Assembly (NCBI GenBank): GCA_018263395.1
Contig: JAANXF010000015.1
Span: 10,537 to 74,536, forward strand
Reading direction: 5' to 3'
From: Methanonatronarchaeales archaeon
GTDB taxonomy: Archaea > Halobacteriota > Methanonatronarchaeia > JAANXF01
DNA: 64,000 bases
In this document: positions 26,901-35,127 of the stretch, one piece after another
Position numbering within the stretch: the first letter of the stretch is position 1
Layout of the letters: the number at the start of each line of letters is the position of its first letter
Translations under genes and position numbers: made by a program
The notes under the pieces: generated by a model
What the model was told of the DNA's origin: nothing
The model's input: only the letters and a program-made list of their open reading frames with translations
The model's database searches: none

Positions 26901-28695
26901 CGAGTTGATGGTGCGCGGCATCGGCTCGGGCCACCTCAAGAAACTGCTGCGGAACCTCGCCGACTCCCATACCTACCTCGAACCCGTCGCGGAGGCCCTC
27001 GGAGTCAGCCGTAAGACGGTGCACAGTTGGGTGTCGAGGGATAGCATCCCGGTCTCGGTCCTTCTCGCCCTCGGAGGCGAATCCGTACTCGACAGGGTCC
27101 CGGAGAGGGCCCTGCTGTCGGTCAAGCGGGACACCGTTACCGTGGAGAGACGAGTCGAGGTGGACGAGGAGCTGGCGACGCTCCTCGGCTACTACGCTGC
27201 GGAAGGATTCACAAGGCGAGAGGAGGGCGACCTGTACCAGACCACTATCTGTACCCCCGACGCCCCTGTCAGAGCCGAACTCGTCAGGACCTTTGCGGAG
27301 AGACTCGGCGTCGATGCCTACGAGGAGAACGAGTGGAAAGTCACGGTCTCCAGCAGGCTGATCGAGCTACTTTTCATCGAAGTCCTCGAAGCCGGCTCCT
27401 CCGCCCGAGAGAAACGCATCCCGGACGCCGTCATGGCGGCATCGGAAAGCGTCCTTGAGGCGTTCCTCTCCGCCTACTTCAGCGGCGACGGCAGCACCGC
27501 GAAGGACCGCGTAGAGGTCAGGGCACACACCGTTAGCGACGAGCTGAAGGAGGACCTGCTGGCGGCACTAAAGCGCCTCGGAGTAACAGCCAAGGCCTGT
27601 CGCGAAACCAGGAAACCCCTGACCGGAGCAGTGGCCGAACACCACAGGGAGAGGAACGGGGAGATGCCGGAGTACAGCTCGTGGTGCCTCAGGATTACGT
27701 CGGAGAACGCCGTCACCTTTGCGGAGCAAATAGGGTTCCACCTGCCCAGAAAGGCGAAGACACTCGCCACGACCACCGGAACCATCGAGACCAGGTCACA
27801 GCGCCTCGTAAGCGACGGCGGCCAGATTTGGCTCGACGAGGTGGTCAGCGTCGAGGTCGTGGAGAGCGACGTGGACCACGTGTACTGCCTCACTGTCGAG
27901 GACACCCACTCCCTCGTGACGAATGACCTGTACGTCGGGCAGTGCGACGGCGACGAGGACTGCTTCATGCTGCTGCTCGACGGATACGTCAACTTCTCCA
28001 GGTCGTACCTCCCGGAGGCGAGGGGCGGTCGGATGGATGCGCCCCTGGTCCTGACCACGAGGCTTGACCCGAACGAGGTCGACGACGAGGCCCACAACCT
28101 CGACGTTTCGTCCGGGTACCCGCTGGAGTTTTACGAGGCCGCCGACCGCTCCGCCGACCCGAGGGAGGTCGCAGACCTCGTCGAGACCCTCGACGACAGG
28201 CTCGGAACGCCGCGGCAGCTCGAGGGGATGTCGTACAGCCTCGAGACCTCCAGCGTGGACTCGGGCCCCGCGGCGTCGAGCTACAAGACTCTCGGGACCA
28301 TGGAGGAGAAGGCGAGGCGGCAGCTGGCCCTCGGAGGCACGTTGCGGGCCGTGGACGAGGCGGACGTCGCTACCCGGGTCGTTCAGAGCCACTTCCTCCC
28401 GGACCTCATAGGAAACCTCCGGGCCTTCACGTCACAGACCGTCAGGTGCGTCTCCTGCAACTCGAAGTACCGGCGCGTGCCCCTGAAGGGGGAGTGCACC
28501 CGATGCGGCTCCGGCCTAACGCTGACGGTCCACGAGGGTTCCGTGAAGAAGTATCTCGACATATCGAAGGAGCTCTCCGAATCGTACGACATCTCGAGCT
28601 ACACCGTTCAGCGCATAGCCCTGCTGGAGCACGAGATAAGCTCCGTATTCGAGAACGACAAGTTCCAGCAGAAGGGGCTGGCCGACTTCATGTAG
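23956..28695 (+). CDS. polC: DNA polymerase II (PolD) large subunit DP2, interrupted by one intein
   Basis: 1579 aa. The conserved HAAKRRN|CDGDEDCFMLLLDGY motif is split by 497 extra residues. C-terminal Zn-finger CVSCNSKYRRVPLKGECTRCG. Confidence 0.92.
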   Translation: MNTSGRMERYLDSLDEERRRALEVAGRCRRVGEDPSTDVEIPSAEDLADRVESLMGLDGLAGAVRRYTEEGLERGEVAFRVSEDIARMELGELKDLDAVEMAVRTAVAILTEGVVAAPIEGMDRVDVVDGGGVQLFFSGPIRSAGGTAQAAAVLVADYVRQLLGMDPYMATEREVERAKEEIPLYKRVVNLQYEPSVGEIEIIVNKCPVMVTGEPTEEVEVSGQRNLPRIPTNRLRGGFALVVAEGIALKAPKLKKFVEKLEIAGWEWLDDLLKKRSSEGPHEGEKGEEKFLKNLIAGRPVFSHPSRPGGFRVRYGRSRNTGLATSGLSPVTMRAVDDFLATGTQMKTQLPGKAAGVAPVDGLEGPTVRLGDGTVLRIDSEEDYGPFEGRIERILDLGEILIGYGEFLENNHHLAPGGYTEERWRLEAEGEPPRSGGGAVARARDGEPLHPTYTYLWHDVSAEDVLALRDGLRDGLTLEHKPVLETLLVPHALDGEEIVLDEEHETVLEACLPPDAVPVENAEDGLELVRRLSGLDVRPRAPTRVGARMGRPEKAREREMSPPVHCLFPLGEAGGSTRNVAKAVESTSRDSEKGFRKERVGTRGLVEVDVPVQTCDCGCETYRTRCPGCGDRLERNEPERSRLNLAEEYAEALDRLGERPLDLVKGVKGLTSEGKVPEPLEKGILRAIHGVSVFKDGTIRYDLTDMPLTHFRPSEIGTSIERLRRMGYGSADDGEPLTDPDQVVELYPQDVVVSRGCGEHLVRAANFVDDLLDRVYGEEPFYSAEEPGDLVGELLIGLAPHTSAGVLCRLIGFTDASAGYGHPLFHAAKRRNCFHPDEKIWIRDGDAGWTHRRIQDVVEERLDDPETDDFGTLLQHLNTGEQVPSVSEGGEPVIRKVEAVSKHKAPDLLFRIETKSGRILKVTPDHTVLRSGRSGNGLERVPASDLVEGDLVPAPKKLSLEGHRTRLDLLEEFVALDAIPNDELMVRGIGSGHLKKLLRNLADSHTYLEPVAEALGVSRKTVHSWVSRDSIPVSVLLALGGESVLDRVPERALLSVKRDTVTVERRVEVDEELATLLGYYAAEGFTRREEGDLYQTTICTPDAPVRAELVRTFAERLGVDAYEENEWKVTVSSRLIELLFIEVLEAGSSAREKRIPDAVMAASESVLEAFLSAYFSGDGSTAKDRVEVRAHTVSDELKEDLLAALKRLGVTAKACRETRKPLTGAVAEHHRERNGEMPEYSSWCLRITSENAVTFAEQIGFHLPRKAKTLATTTGTIETRSQRLVSDGGQIWLDEVVSVEVVESDVDHVYCLTVEDTHSLVTNDLYVGQCDGDEDCFMLLLDGYVNFSRSYLPEARGGRMDAPLVLTTRLDPNEVDDEAHNLDVSSGYPLEFYEAADRSADPREVADLVETLDDRLGTPRQLEGMSYSLETSSVDSGPAASSYKTLGTMEEKARRQLALGGTLRAVDEADVATRVVQSHFLPDLIGNLRAFTSQTVRCVSCNSKYRRVPLKGECTRCGSGLTLTVHEGSVKKYLDISKELSESYDISSYTVQRIALLEHEISSVFENDKFQQKGLADFM
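26452..27942 (+). mobile_element. intein (497 aa) with LAGLIDADG homing-endonuclease domain inside DP2
   Basis: Starts with Cys (CFHPDEKIWI). Block B is KVTPDHTV. Two LAGLIDADG motifs are present (LLGYYAAEGF, FLSAYFSGDGS). It ends ...HSLVTNDLYVGQ followed by the +1 Cys of CDGDED. The boundaries are in frame (residues 833-1329). Confidence 0.85.
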
Positions 28696-28760
28696 GGCTC
28701 CGGGGGCGGCCGACCTTCGGGCCCCAAGAGTAATTCGGGCAAGGGGCAACTGGAAGGGAT

Positions 28761-29681
28761 ATGCCCCAGTTCATCCTGTACGGGGGGAAGGGCGGTGTGG
28801 GGAAGACCAGCTGCGCTGCCGCCACCGCCCTCGCCCTTGCCGAGCGGGGCCACAGGACGCTCGTGGTCTCGACCGACCCCGCCCACTCCCTGGGAGACAT
28901 CTTCGAAGACGATGTCGGCTGGGAGGAGACCCGGCTGGAGGAGAACCTCTTTGCGGTCGAAATCGACCCGGAGAGGGCGCTGAAGGGGTGGAGGGAGGAA
29001 ATAGTCGTGAGGAGCGAGGGAATGCCGGCTCCCCTTCGAGAGGGCGTGGGCGAACTGATAGGGGGAGAGGACGCCCTCGCCGCCCCGGGGATGGACGAGG
29101 CCGCCGCCATGGACAGGTTCATGCAGTACATGAACTCCGACTACGACTACGTCGTGCTAGACACCGCCCCCACCGGCCACACGCTCCGTCTCCTCGAGCT
29201 CCCGGAGTTCCTCGACACCATGATGGGAAGGCTGATAAAGGTCCGCGTGAGGCTGCACGGCCTCGTGAAGAGCGTGAGGGGCCTCCTCGGTCAGGGGGGG
29301 GAGCCCTCGGAGCGGGGCGACGTGGAGCGGCTGGAGGAGGTGAAGCGCCGGATAGAGAGGGCCAGGGCGTTCCTGATGGACCCGGAGCGCACCGACTTCC
29401 GCATGGTGATGAACCCTGAGGCCCTGTCCATACAGGAGTCCCGGAGGATGGTGAAGAGCCTGGAGCGGTACCAGATACCGGTCCGAACAATAGTGATAAA
29501 CAAGATCGTTCGCGACCCCGGTGACTGCGAGTTCTGCGTCTCCAGGTCCGAGACCCAGGGGAGGCGGCTCGAGCAGGCTCACGAGCTCTTCGGCGGCCTG
29601 GAAGCGGTAGAAATCCCGCTGTTCAGCCACGAGGTCCAGGGGCGGGAATCCCTCAGGAAGATGGGGAGGCTACTGGTCTAG
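28761..29681 (+). CDS. ArsA/Get3-family ATPase
   Basis: 306 aa with GKGGVGKT, STDPAHSL and LDTAPTGHTLRLL. Confidence 0.8.
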   Translation: MPQFILYGGKGGVGKTSCAAATALALAERGHRTLVVSTDPAHSLGDIFEDDVGWEETRLEENLFAVEIDPERALKGWREEIVVRSEGMPAPLREGVGELIGGEDALAAPGMDEAAAMDRFMQYMNSDYDYVVLDTAPTGHTLRLLELPEFLDTMMGRLIKVRVRLHGLVKSVRGLLGQGGEPSERGDVERLEEVKRRIERARAFLMDPERTDFRMVMNPEALSIQESRRMVKSLERYQIPVRTIVINKIVRDPGDCEFCVSRSETQGRRLEQAHELFGGLEAVEIPLFSHEVQGRESLRKMGRLLV

Positions 29682-30065
29682 CGGCCACTCCGCCGCGTTG
29701 CTCGGCGTCTCCCACACCGCCACGTGGACGCCGTACCCCTCACCGAGGCCGTTCGACACCTCTCCGTGGATACGGTGCGCCAGGTTCTCCGCCGTCGGGT
29801 CGAACGGCAGCCGCACCACTTCCTGGTCCTGCCCCTCCAGCAGGTCGCACAGCGGGTCTTCCCCGTTCAGCAGCGCCACGTGGTCGTACCGCATCGCGAC
29901 GTCGCGAAGGTCGCCGAAGTCCACCACCATCCCCGTCTCCGAGTCGACCGGGCCCTCCACCGAAATCTCGAACCGCCACCTGTGGCCGTGCAGCCTCCCG
30001 CACCTCCCGCGGTGACGAAGGTGCCGATGAGCCGAATCCACCTCCACAGTCTTCGTGACCCGCAT
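29670..30065 (-). CDS. queD: 6-pyruvoyl-tetrahydropterin / 6-carboxytetrahydropterin synthase (QueD family)
   Basis: 131 aa with VDSAHRH...CGRLHGHRW...VVDFGDL. Confidence 0.75.
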   Translation of the reverse strand: MRVTKTVEVDSAHRHLRHRGRCGRLHGHRWRFEISVEGPVDSETGMVVDFGDLRDVAMRYDHVALLNGEDPLCDLLEGQDQEVVRLPFDPTAENLAHRIHGEVSNGLGEGYGVHVAVWETPSNAAEWPLDQ

Positions 30066-30163
30066 CGCATAGAAGTCGAGCCCGGGGGTGAAAAATGCTT
30101 CAAAGGGTTGCTATATCGGGATTCCGGGGCCATGGGCGCCTCATCGCTACGCGCCACAAAACT

Positions 30164-31126
30164 CTAATAGAGGCGATTATGCCATTCGAGAATATTCTCG
30201 TAGGCAAGAAACGTGCATTCCTCGTTAAGCCCGCTGGTTTTGAACGTCGGACGGTTCAACTGTTTGACGAAGGCCGACCTTCGCTCCTCCTCTGCTACTA
30301 CCGTAAATCTCGAATCCAGCGTAGGGTCGGCTAGGCTGACATCGTTAAAGCGGAGGAGCCCGGAGTAAATCGGCGTAGTGTGCTCAACTTCGAAGAGTGC
30401 TTTCGGATTGTTCGATGCTTTCTGGAACCAGATTACGTCCACCTCCTTCAGGATGTCTTTGACACCTCCGAAGCTTTCGGGCAGGATACTGCGACACTCG
30501 AATTTTCTCGCTAAATTCCAGTCCAGCTGATTCCTATCGTACCTTGGAATCCACACATCGAAGTTTTTCTTAGACCCAATGCTTCCTAACAGTGTTTGGA
30601 CCTGGCCGTGGTCGAATTCCGGTATATCGCTCAGCCTCTCTGTCTCTATCGAGGAGTCTAATTCGTCCCAACCGAAGTACCCCTCGGCGTTGAACCGCCC
30701 AGCTTTGCTTATGTAGAGCTCGGTTCCGCCCTCCTGTAAGAAAACCTGTACCTTGTACTGCCCATCCCCGGCGGGCGATAAAGAATTAAAAATCTCTTCG
30801 TATCTTGAGAAGGGCACGATTAGCGGCTCGGATTGCCCCTTCCATAAAAAGCATAGAAATGAATTGTGTCCCTCCAGTTGCTTTAAATCCTTATGCCTCA
30901 AACCGTAGAAGGTGCTGTTGTTATCGTGTACCTTTGAATACCGTATATAAATCCTAGCCGCACCATCGCCTATCTCGTAGAGTGACCTACTCCTACCAAT
31001 TGAATCTAACTCTCCGTATTTTTGCTTGAGATTTTTCTTAAATTCCTTTCTGACATCCCCTGTCATGGCAAATCGGCTCCTCATCGAAGAGGCCTTTACT
31101 AATTTTTCTTTGATGTTATTAAACAA
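30164..31126 (-). CDS. low-GC restriction-endonuclease-like (PD-(D/E)XK-type) protein with an unassigned N-terminal domain
   Basis: 320 aa at about 45% GC against >60% flanks. The C-terminal half, HGQVQTLLGSIGSKKNFDVWIPRYD...EVDVIWFQKASNNPKALFEVEHTTPIYSGLLRFNDV, follows the beta-strand D...(D/E)x(K) pattern of restriction-like nucleases. No methyltransferase is adjacent. Confidence 0.5.
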   Translation of the reverse strand: MFNNIKEKLVKASSMRSRFAMTGDVRKEFKKNLKQKYGELDSIGRSRSLYEIGDGAARIYIRYSKVHDNNSTFYGLRHKDLKQLEGHNSFLCFLWKGQSEPLIVPFSRYEEIFNSLSPAGDGQYKVQVFLQEGGTELYISKAGRFNAEGYFGWDELDSSIETERLSDIPEFDHGQVQTLLGSIGSKKNFDVWIPRYDRNQLDWNLARKFECRSILPESFGGVKDILKEVDVIWFQKASNNPKALFEVEHTTPIYSGLLRFNDVSLADPTLDSRFTVVAEEERRSAFVKQLNRPTFKTSGLNEECTFLAYENILEWHNRLY

Positions 31127-31170
31127 GTCCCGCTAAAAACAGAGACCCTCTTCTTGCGAACCTTCTTAAA

Positions 31171-31938
31171 CTACTCCTCCACGACCTCATCGGGCGCCCC
31201 CGCCACCTCCACGAGGGCCTCGGCCTCCTTGAAGTGGAGGTCGCCGGGCACGACGAGGCAGTGCAGCGGAGGGCCGAGGTCCCTGCCCACCATCTCGGAG
31301 GCGTACCCGGCGGCGGCCCGGGGGTCGTCGGAGCCTGCGCGGGCCACCGCCGCGACCAGGGTGTCGGGCTGCACGGGTCCGTCGGCCTCGAGCATAAGCT
31401 CCACGGCGCGGCCCGCCGTGAGGTAGCGGTCCTCCTCCCGCTTTATGTCCAGCAGGACGAGGGTGTGGAGGCCGCGCTCCAGGTTCTCCTCCACCACGTC
31501 CAGAGGCGACCTGGCGAGCTTTCCCCTGTAGGGGAAGGGGAGGGTGGTGTCGCGGCCGAACTTGTACCCCATGAGTCCGAGGAGGGACGGCGCCGCCGTC
31601 ACGATGGATGAGGAGTGAACTATCCTGGTAGGGATTCCTCGTCGCTCCGCCTCCACCATGAGCTCGACGTGCGTCGTGGCCGTCATGGGTTCGCCGCCGA
31701 CAAGGAAGACCACGCGGCGGTCCTCCGCGGCCTCCAGCGGGACCCGTTCCTCCTCCACCTGCTCCCTCGTCAGTACCCGGACGTCGCGGCCCAGGGTCTC
31801 CCGGAGCTCCTCCCCCGAGACGAAGGGCGCCGAGGTGTAGAGCTCCGCGAAGACGCGGTCCGCCGCCTCCACCTCCCGCAGGCCCCTGAGCGACACGTCC
31901 CGGGCGTCGTGCAGCCCGAGCCCGACGAAGACCAGCAT
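31171..31938 (-). CDS. dphB: diphthine synthase
   Basis: 255 aa with MLVFVGLGLHDARDVSLRGL... and a tetrapyrrole-methylase fold pattern. Confidence 0.85.
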   Translation of the reverse strand: MLVFVGLGLHDARDVSLRGLREVEAADRVFAELYTSAPFVSGEELRETLGRDVRVLTREQVEEERVPLEAAEDRRVVFLVGGEPMTATTHVELMVEAERRGIPTRIVHSSSIVTAAPSLLGLMGYKFGRDTTLPFPYRGKLARSPLDVVEENLERGLHTLVLLDIKREEDRYLTAGRAVELMLEADGPVQPDTLVAAVARAGSDDPRAAAGYASEMVGRDLGPPLHCLVVPGDLHFKEAEALVEVAGAPDEVVEE

Positions 31939-31973
31939 CCACTCTAATAGGGACGGCGCCGCATATTAAAGCG

Positions 31974-33023
31974 GTGAGGGCGAGCTGCGTCGAGGCGCCG
32001 GCCGAGAGGGGTCAGGAGCTGAAGGAGCTGCTGGACCGCCTCGGCCTCAGGGACGAAGGCCTCAGGATAAGGACCCGGGACGGGGATATACTGATACCTC
32101 TGGAGCGGCCCCTGGACGACGAGGACGTGAGGGAAATCCGTGAGGCGGCGCCATCCGTGGAGCTGACCGAGGCCGAGTTCGATGCCCGGGAGCGGGGGCC
32201 TGCGTCCCTCCGGGAGGCCCTGCGCGGTAAGATGCCGAAGCACCTGCTCGAAGAGGTGCCCTCGTCCTTCGACGTGGTGGGCGACGTAGCCATAGTGGAG
32301 GTCCCCGGGGACCTGGAGCCGCGCGGGGCGGAGCTGGGGCGGGCCCTGATGGAGACACATCCCTCAGTCTCCACCGTGCTGGCCAAGGGCACCGCCGTCG
32401 AGGGCGAGTTCCGCACCCGGCGCCACCGACTGCTGACAGGGGAGGACAGGAGGGAGACGGTGCACCGGGAGCACGGCTGCGAGTTCGGGGTTAACGTCGA
32501 GGAGGCGTACTTCTCGCCGAGGCTATCGACGGAGCGGGGGCGCGTGTTCAGCCAGGTCGAGCCCGGCGAGGTCGTGGTCGACATGTTCGCGGGCGTCGGG
32601 CCCTTCGCCGTCGAGATCGCGGTCCACCGCGACCCGGAGAGAGTGGTCGCGGTCGACAAGAACCCCGCCGCGCACCGGCTGATGGTGGAGAACGTGGAGA
32701 GGAACCGCGTCGGGGACGTCGTGGAGCCGGTCCTGGCCGACGCGGCCGAACTCCCAGAAAGTTACGCCGGGACCGCCGACCGCGTGATCATGAACCTCCC
32801 GAAGTCGGCCGCCGGGTTTCTCGACGCCGCCCTCGACCTGCTCAGGCCCGCCGGCGGCGTCCTTCACTACTACGAGATCACGGGCGAACCGGGGGAGGCC
32901 GCTCGCCGTACCGTCGAGGCTGCTGAGGCGGCGGGCCGCGAATCGGAGGTCCTGGGGACTAGGGAGGTCAGGACCTACTCCGCGACGGAGAGCCAGTGGG
33001 CCGTGGACGTGAGGATTATATAA
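31974..33023 (+). CDS. trm5: tRNA (guanine37-N1)-methyltransferase Trm5 / Met-10+ family
   Basis: 349 aa with FDVVGDVAIVEVP, DMFAGVGPFAV (SAM motif) and MNLP. Confidence 0.75.
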   Translation: MRASCVEAPAERGQELKELLDRLGLRDEGLRIRTRDGDILIPLERPLDDEDVREIREAAPSVELTEAEFDARERGPASLREALRGKMPKHLLEEVPSSFDVVGDVAIVEVPGDLEPRGAELGRALMETHPSVSTVLAKGTAVEGEFRTRRHRLLTGEDRRETVHREHGCEFGVNVEEAYFSPRLSTERGRVFSQVEPGEVVVDMFAGVGPFAVEIAVHRDPERVVAVDKNPAAHRLMVENVERNRVGDVVEPVLADAAELPESYAGTADRVIMNLPKSAAGFLDAALDLLRPAGGVLHYYEITGEPGEAARRTVEAAEAAGRESEVLGTREVRTYSATESQWAVDVRII

Positions 33024-33026
33024 CTA

Positions 33027-33042
33027 TAGATTCCAGAATCTA
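33027..33042. promoter_or_regulatory. 16-bp palindrome TAGATTCCAGAATCTA at the GC-content boundary
   Basis: Perfect 7-bp arms with a 2-nt spacer, lying between the trm5 stop (33021-33023) and the low-GC gene start (33062). Confidence 0.3.
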
Positions 33043-33061
33043 GAGGGTATACGGCTGGTAT

Positions 33062-34166
33062 ATGGATATCGAAGAGCTCAAAGACGTTTGCGAGGAGCTA
33101 AAATCCGCTCTTGAAAAGAGAAACGAGGACCGGGTTCCTAACTTCTTTGAGATCTGTCGTATTGAAACGAAGGAAGAGAGAATATCTGCGTTCTTGTCAT
33201 GGCTGCTCAACCCGCGCGAGAATCACGGCCTAGATAGCGCTTTCCTTAACCGGGTTTTAACAAGAATCGATGTGGCGCAAATCGACTCTGAAGAGTGGGT
33301 TACTGTCAAGACCGAGGTCTCACGGATAGCAGGGGACAAGGAACGGAGATTTGATCTCCTAATTTCTCTACCGGAGTCTCGGGTTGGAGTTGAGAAAAGT
33401 AGGTGCTAACCCGGATATCTCACAGCTCCGTGACGAGTGGGAGCTCTTTGACCTTGACACACTAGTGCTGTTGGCACCAGAGTACAAAATCTCGAAGTTC
33501 GAGAAGAGGTGCAGAAGTACCGACCTGCCGGAGAGTCTAAAATTCTTAAATTACGATGATCTCAGGGAGGACCTTCAAGATATTCTTAGTCATGCAGACC
33601 AAGAGTCGGAGGTTTTAATCAGGAGTCTAATCCAAAATCTGAAGGACCACATCGTGGAAGGAAAATCATTTGAGTTTGATGATTTGTCAAAAATATATGC
33701 ATCGAACCATGCTCTACTTGAGAATGCTAAGAAGCAGTTCGAAGAGCGTCGTAACCAAGTCTTCCGTGCCATTGAAGGCGGAATAGATAGGGGGAGTGTA
33801 GAGTACATATGCACCTCTAAGAGTACGTATCTTCAGATATTCAAGGATGGGTGGCATGATGGCTCTAGGGAAGTCCATTATGAGATTCATCTTAATCCTC
33901 AACGAGTCAGTGAAGGTAGAACGTTCTTGAGGATCGATGTAGAGCATCACAGTGACAAGCACAAAAAAGCCAAAATCAGGGAAAAATTCCGAGGATTGGC
34001 ACATTCGGAACTTAGCTCCCTCAGATATATCGAGGCTAAAAATAAGAACCGAATGTACAGGAAAAAGATCGACATTGCTAACCTGAATAAGGTCCCTGCA
34101 ATGATTGAGAGGCTTGAAGAAGCAGGCGTAGCTAATATGCTTGACGAAGCTATCCAAGAATCCTAA
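33062..34166 (+). pseudogene. low-GC PD-(D/E)XK nuclease-superfamily gene (PDDEXK_4-like) split by a +1 frameshift in an A4 run
   Basis: N-terminal ORF: NFFEICRIETKEERISAFLSWLLNPRENHGLDSAFL ... RFDLLISLPESRVGVEK. The second ORF (33384..34166) continues VGANPDISQLRDEW... Deleting one A in GAGAAAAGT (about 33394-33397) fuses them into VGVEKVGANPD, giving D...ExK. GC is about 44%. Confidence 0.6.
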
Positions 34167-34210
34167 CTTCTCCGCAAAAAACACCTATCGGCCCGACGAT
34201 TAGGGGATGC

Positions 34211-34314
34211 GCCTCGGTGGCTCAGCTGGTAGAGCGGCTCCCTCGTAACGGACGCCCGAAGAGAGGTGTCCGGGTGAAAGGAGCAGGTCACGGGTTCGAA
34301 TCCCGTCCGAGGCT
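34211..34314 (+). tRNA. tRNA-Thr (anticodon CGT) with a 31-nt intron after position 37
   Basis: Acceptor GCCTCGG/CCGAGGC, D-arm GCTC..GAGC, anticodon stem GCTCC/GGAGC with loop CTCGTAA, T-arm ACGGG TTCGAAT CCCGT. The intron ACGGACGCC...GGTGTCCGGGTGAA forms its own 8-bp hairpin. No encoded CCA. Confidence 0.85.
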
Positions 34315-34392
34315 TGAGGCCACAGCCCCTGATACGTCCACGCGTCGGCCGCGAGGGGAAACCCGTAATGAAAGGCGCCGCGATACTTACGC

Positions 34393-35121
34393 GTGCTCTG
34401 GAAGGCCCTTCTCTACGGCGGGCTGGCCGGTTCGGCCACGTTGTTCGGAACCTTCTCGGTCATGAGGTTCGAGGGAGCGGTCCGGAGGTGGAACCACCTG
34501 GTCGTCGCGGCGGCGGCGGGCGTCCTCCTCGGCGCGGCCTTCTTCAGGCTGATGCCGGCGGCGGAGGAACTGGCGACGGGCGTACCCGGGGTCGTCCTGG
34601 TAGGGCTGCTGGCGTTCTACCTCATCGAGAACAGGTTCGTCCTCCACCTCTGTGACGAGGAGGAGGGCTGCGACATCCACGACATCGGCCTGATGGCGGT
34701 GATGGGGCTCGGTTTCCACTCGCTGATCGACGGCATGGCGATAGGCGCCGGGTTCCGCGTAAACGAGGCGCTGGGAGTGCTGACGGCACTCGCGGTAATT
34801 CTACACGAGTACCCGGAGGGCGTCATCGCTTACGGCCTCCTCATCGCCGGCGAGGAACGTTCAAGGGTCCTTCTGTACGCTGCGCTGGTGGCTTTGGCCA
34901 CCCCTTTCGGGGCCGCCGTAACGTACGTCTTCGCCCCCGCTCTGGGTGAGGAAGTGCTGGGTTTCCTGCTCGCGCTGGCCGCCGGCTCCTTCATCTACGT
35001 GGGGGCCGCAGACCTGATCCCGAGGACCCACGAGTCGGACCACGGCGTAAACGCGCTACTCGTGGTCGCGGGCGTGGCGGCGGTCTACCTGTTGACCTCG
35101 ATCCTGACCCACTGGCACTGA
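34393..35121 (+). CDS. ZIP-family divalent metal transporter (ZupT-like)
   Basis: 242 aa, GTG start, multi-TM, with HSLIDGMAIG and HEYPEGV motifs. Confidence 0.8.
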   Translation: MLWKALLYGGLAGSATLFGTFSVMRFEGAVRRWNHLVVAAAAGVLLGAAFFRLMPAAEELATGVPGVVLVGLLAFYLIENRFVLHLCDEEEGCDIHDIGLMAVMGLGFHSLIDGMAIGAGFRVNEALGVLTALAVILHEYPEGVIAYGLLIAGEERSRVLLYAALVALATPFGAAVTYVFAPALGEEVLGFLLALAAGSFIYVGAADLIPRTHESDHGVNALLVVAGVAAVYLLTSILTHWH

Positions 35122-35127
35122 CCGGTT

